DNA of 64,000 nt from Desulfomonilia bacterium. Lineage in GTDB: Bacteria; Desulfobacterota; Desulfomonilia; UBA1062. The stretch spans positions 352,001 through 416,000 of the forward strand of contig CAXXDQ010000003.1 in assembly GCA_963664325.2 (NCBI GenBank), read 5' to 3'. The notes below the pieces were generated by a model that saw nothing but the letters and a program-made list of their open reading frames with translations, was not told the origin of the DNA and ran no database searches. Positions 63,709-64,000 of this stretch are shown here, piece after piece. A program made the translations under genes and the position numbers. Numbering within the stretch: position 1 is the first letter of the stretch; each line of letters starts with the position of its first letter.

Positions 63709-64000
63709 ATCATTTTGTGTTCACTTCTTGCGATGATTTCTTCCTGTATTTCATTTCCGAGTTCGACGAAATATGCACTATAGCCTCCGACTTTTACAAT
63801 GACATCTCTGAACTGGTCAGGATTTTTTTTGCGCAGCGCGCAGGGTTTCAGTAGAAACGATTGTAGGTTGGAGCTGTTCTCCGCCGAGGCTGAAATATGT
63901 CTTTATGAGGGATATCCATTTTTTCTGCGTTTCCTCGGTTGCGCCGATCGCCGAAGGATGCACCTTGATGTTGACGGCGCAGCCCAGAACTTCACTGAAG
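63705..64000 (-). CDS. C-terminus of a second glycyl radical enzyme (extends beyond the window)
   Basis: Translation: VLGCAVNIKVHP...GGEQLQPTIVS...DVIVKVGGYSAYFVELG.EIQEEIIARSEH (one extra base in the T8 run near 63825); ATGA overlap with GPH copy 2. Confidence 0.9.

Overview
Bacterial chromosomal DNA, probably from an anaerobic diderm with a Desulfobacterota-like gene set (inferred from a PEP-CTERM gene, glycyl radical enzymes, an FTR/rubredoxin fusion with a glutaredoxin, and cydAB). In order it holds: a GMC-oxidoreductase/SRPBCC/SPFH/cholesterol-oxidase lipid locus; GH36 plus MFS; an IS1380 remnant; two tandem MFP-RND pairs sharing one outer-membrane factor; a 20.5-33 kb stretch of recognisable genes broken by single-base indels (probably long-read errors); assorted envelope and redox genes; a 4.4-kb AT-rich island; and a large minus-strand glycyl-radical catabolic operon running off the right edge. 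Two candidates stand out. (1) The 48321-52695 island encodes an Mrr-like nuclease-STAND ATPase-TPR protein (Avs/NLR-like). Its 15 x 102-bp TPR repeats are a shuffled mosaic of three DNA modules, and it is bracketed by two related, inverted, TA-flanked MITE-like elements. (2) The operon carries two paralogous glycyl radical enzymes with a non-canonical KVGGY Gly loop (GCVD Cys loop visible in the complete copy), plus an activase, two GPH transporters, a URO-D-like protein, Fe-ADH, FGGY kinase and a divergent DeoC, suggesting an uncharacterised radical polyol/sugar deoxygenation pathway. No rRNA, tRNA or CRISPR array was seen. Family calls come from motif recognition by eye; no database search was run.
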